64,000 nt of DNA, from positions 189 through 64,188 of the forward strand of contig JBJMGR010000196.1 of NCBI GenBank assembly GCA_045807805.1, in the 5' to 3' direction. Shown here one piece after another: positions 63,212 to 64,000 of this stretch; within the stretch, counting starts at the first letter, position 1, and each line of letters begins with the position of its first letter. The notes beneath the pieces are model-generated. The model was not told the origin of the DNA, made no database searches, and saw nothing but the letters and a program-made list of their open reading frames with translations. The translations under genes and the position numbers were made by a program. Source of the stretch: Pyrinomonadaceae bacterium (GTDB taxonomy: Bacteria > Acidobacteriota > Blastocatellia > Pyrinomonadales > Pyrinomonadaceae).

Positions 63212-64000
63212 ATGGCGATGCACCTACGCTCAATAGGCTTGAGCCCGGCGGCGAAGAGGCTCGACGCGTTCCCCTTCAGCCTGCCCGTCGTGAAGAAGTT
63301 CAGGGAGGTGAAGCTGCGCAGCGCCGTCACGTTCCTCGTCGGCGAGAACGGGTCGGGAAAGTCGACGCTGATTGAGGCGCTCGCGGCGGCGGTCGGCTCT
63401 GTCGTCGTCGGCGGCGAGGACGTTCGGCGCGACAAGACGCTCGCGCACGCGCGCGCCCTCGGCTCGCAGCTCAAACTCGTCTGGCAGAACAGGACGCACC
63501 GAGGCTTCTTCCTACGCGCGGAAGACTTCTTCAACTTCGCGAAGCGCATCAACCAGACGAGCGCCGAGCTTGAAGAGATGGCCCTTGAGTTCGAGCGCGA
63601 GGGGTTGAAGGGTTACGGGCTCAGGCTCGCGCAAGGCGTCGTGCGCGGGCAGAGGCGCGCTCTCACGAGCCGCTACGGCGAGGACGCGGACGCGCGCTCG
63701 CACGGCGAGAGCTTCCTGAATCTCTTCCAGTCGCGCTTCGTTCCCGGCGGCCTCTACCTCTTAGACGAGCCCGAGGCCCCGCTCTCGCCGCAGCGACAGC
63801 TCGCGCTCCTCTCGATGCTCAAGGAGATGGTCGAGCAGGACTCGCAGTTCGTCGTCGCCACGCACTCGCCCATACTCATGGCGCTCCCCGGCGCGGACAT
63901 ACTCAGCTTCGACCACGCGCCTCTGCGCCGAGTCCCCTACGACCGTGTCGAACACGTCTCCCTCACACGCGACTTCCTCAACAACCCCGAAGCCTTCCTC
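63212..64000 (+). CDS. ABC-fold AAA_21/COG3910-type ATPase, 3' end beyond the window
   Basis: Not in the ORF track because no stop falls inside the window. My own translation from ATG 63212 gives [10 protein letters not shown]...[20 protein letters not shown] (Walker A), [13 protein letters not shown] (Walker B) and [10 protein letters not shown]. Confidence 0.75.
   Translation, partial: MAMHLRSIGLSPAAKRLDAFPFSLPVVKKFREVKLRSAVTFLVGENGSGKSTLIEALAAAVGSVVVGGEDVRRDKTLAHARALGSQLKLVWQNRTHRGFFLRAEDFFNFAKRINQTSAELEEMALEFEREGLKGYGLRLAQGVVRGQRRALTSRYGEDADARSHGESFLNLFQSRFVPGGLYLLDEPEAPLSPQRQLALLSMLKEMVEQDSQFVVATHSPILMALPGADILSFDHAPLRRVPYDRVEHVSLTRDFLNNPEAFL

Overview
This is a high-GC bacterial chromosome segment. 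Sampled lines are roughly 70% G+C or higher outside one insert. I call about 50 protein-coding genes. I saw no rRNA, tRNA, CRISPR array, transposase or integrase. The gene content suggests an environmental Gram-negative, possibly acidobacterium-like: three PEP-CTERM proteins, BON-domain proteins, a type IV minor-pilin operon, a bacterial alpha-2-macroglobulin and many signalling proteins. Taxonomy cannot be fixed from this window.

Housekeeping genes recognised from motifs are the purD 3' end, pspA, hslO, nrdJ, tyrS, rsmD, recG, tsaE, nnr, murJ, a PBP4-type dacB and an Ogg2-type glycosylase.

Two things stand out.

1. A compositionally distinct insert at about 6.6-11.7 kb lies between nrdJ and the tyrS/gdh operon. 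It carries its own promoter and a roughly 260 nt non-coding leader. It encodes a tightly coupled three-gene operon: unknown protein A, unknown protein B, and an 844-aa protein with an unknown N-terminal domain plus two KaiC/RecA-like P-loop modules (one intact, one degenerate). I cannot assign it to any named system. It is my best candidate for an undescribed, possibly defence- or stress-related, module.

2. Many host intergenic gaps are occupied by hairpin elements whose arms are runs of 7-nt words. There are several word classes. One class has a conserved loop, modules are nested inside each other, one copy sits in frame inside an MFS transporter gene, and two copies are half elements.

Smaller observations:
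- an NrdR box overlapping the nrdJ promoter
- a sigma54 promoter for the minor-pilin operon, next to a GAFTGA-containing activator
- an orphan thioester-containing alpha-2-macroglobulin
- a Dam-like protein with non-canonical motifs whose ORF runs about 520 nt antisense into the neighbouring gene
- several in-frame tandem repeats

All functional calls come from reading translated motifs by eye. No database search was possible, and start codons are often uncertain.
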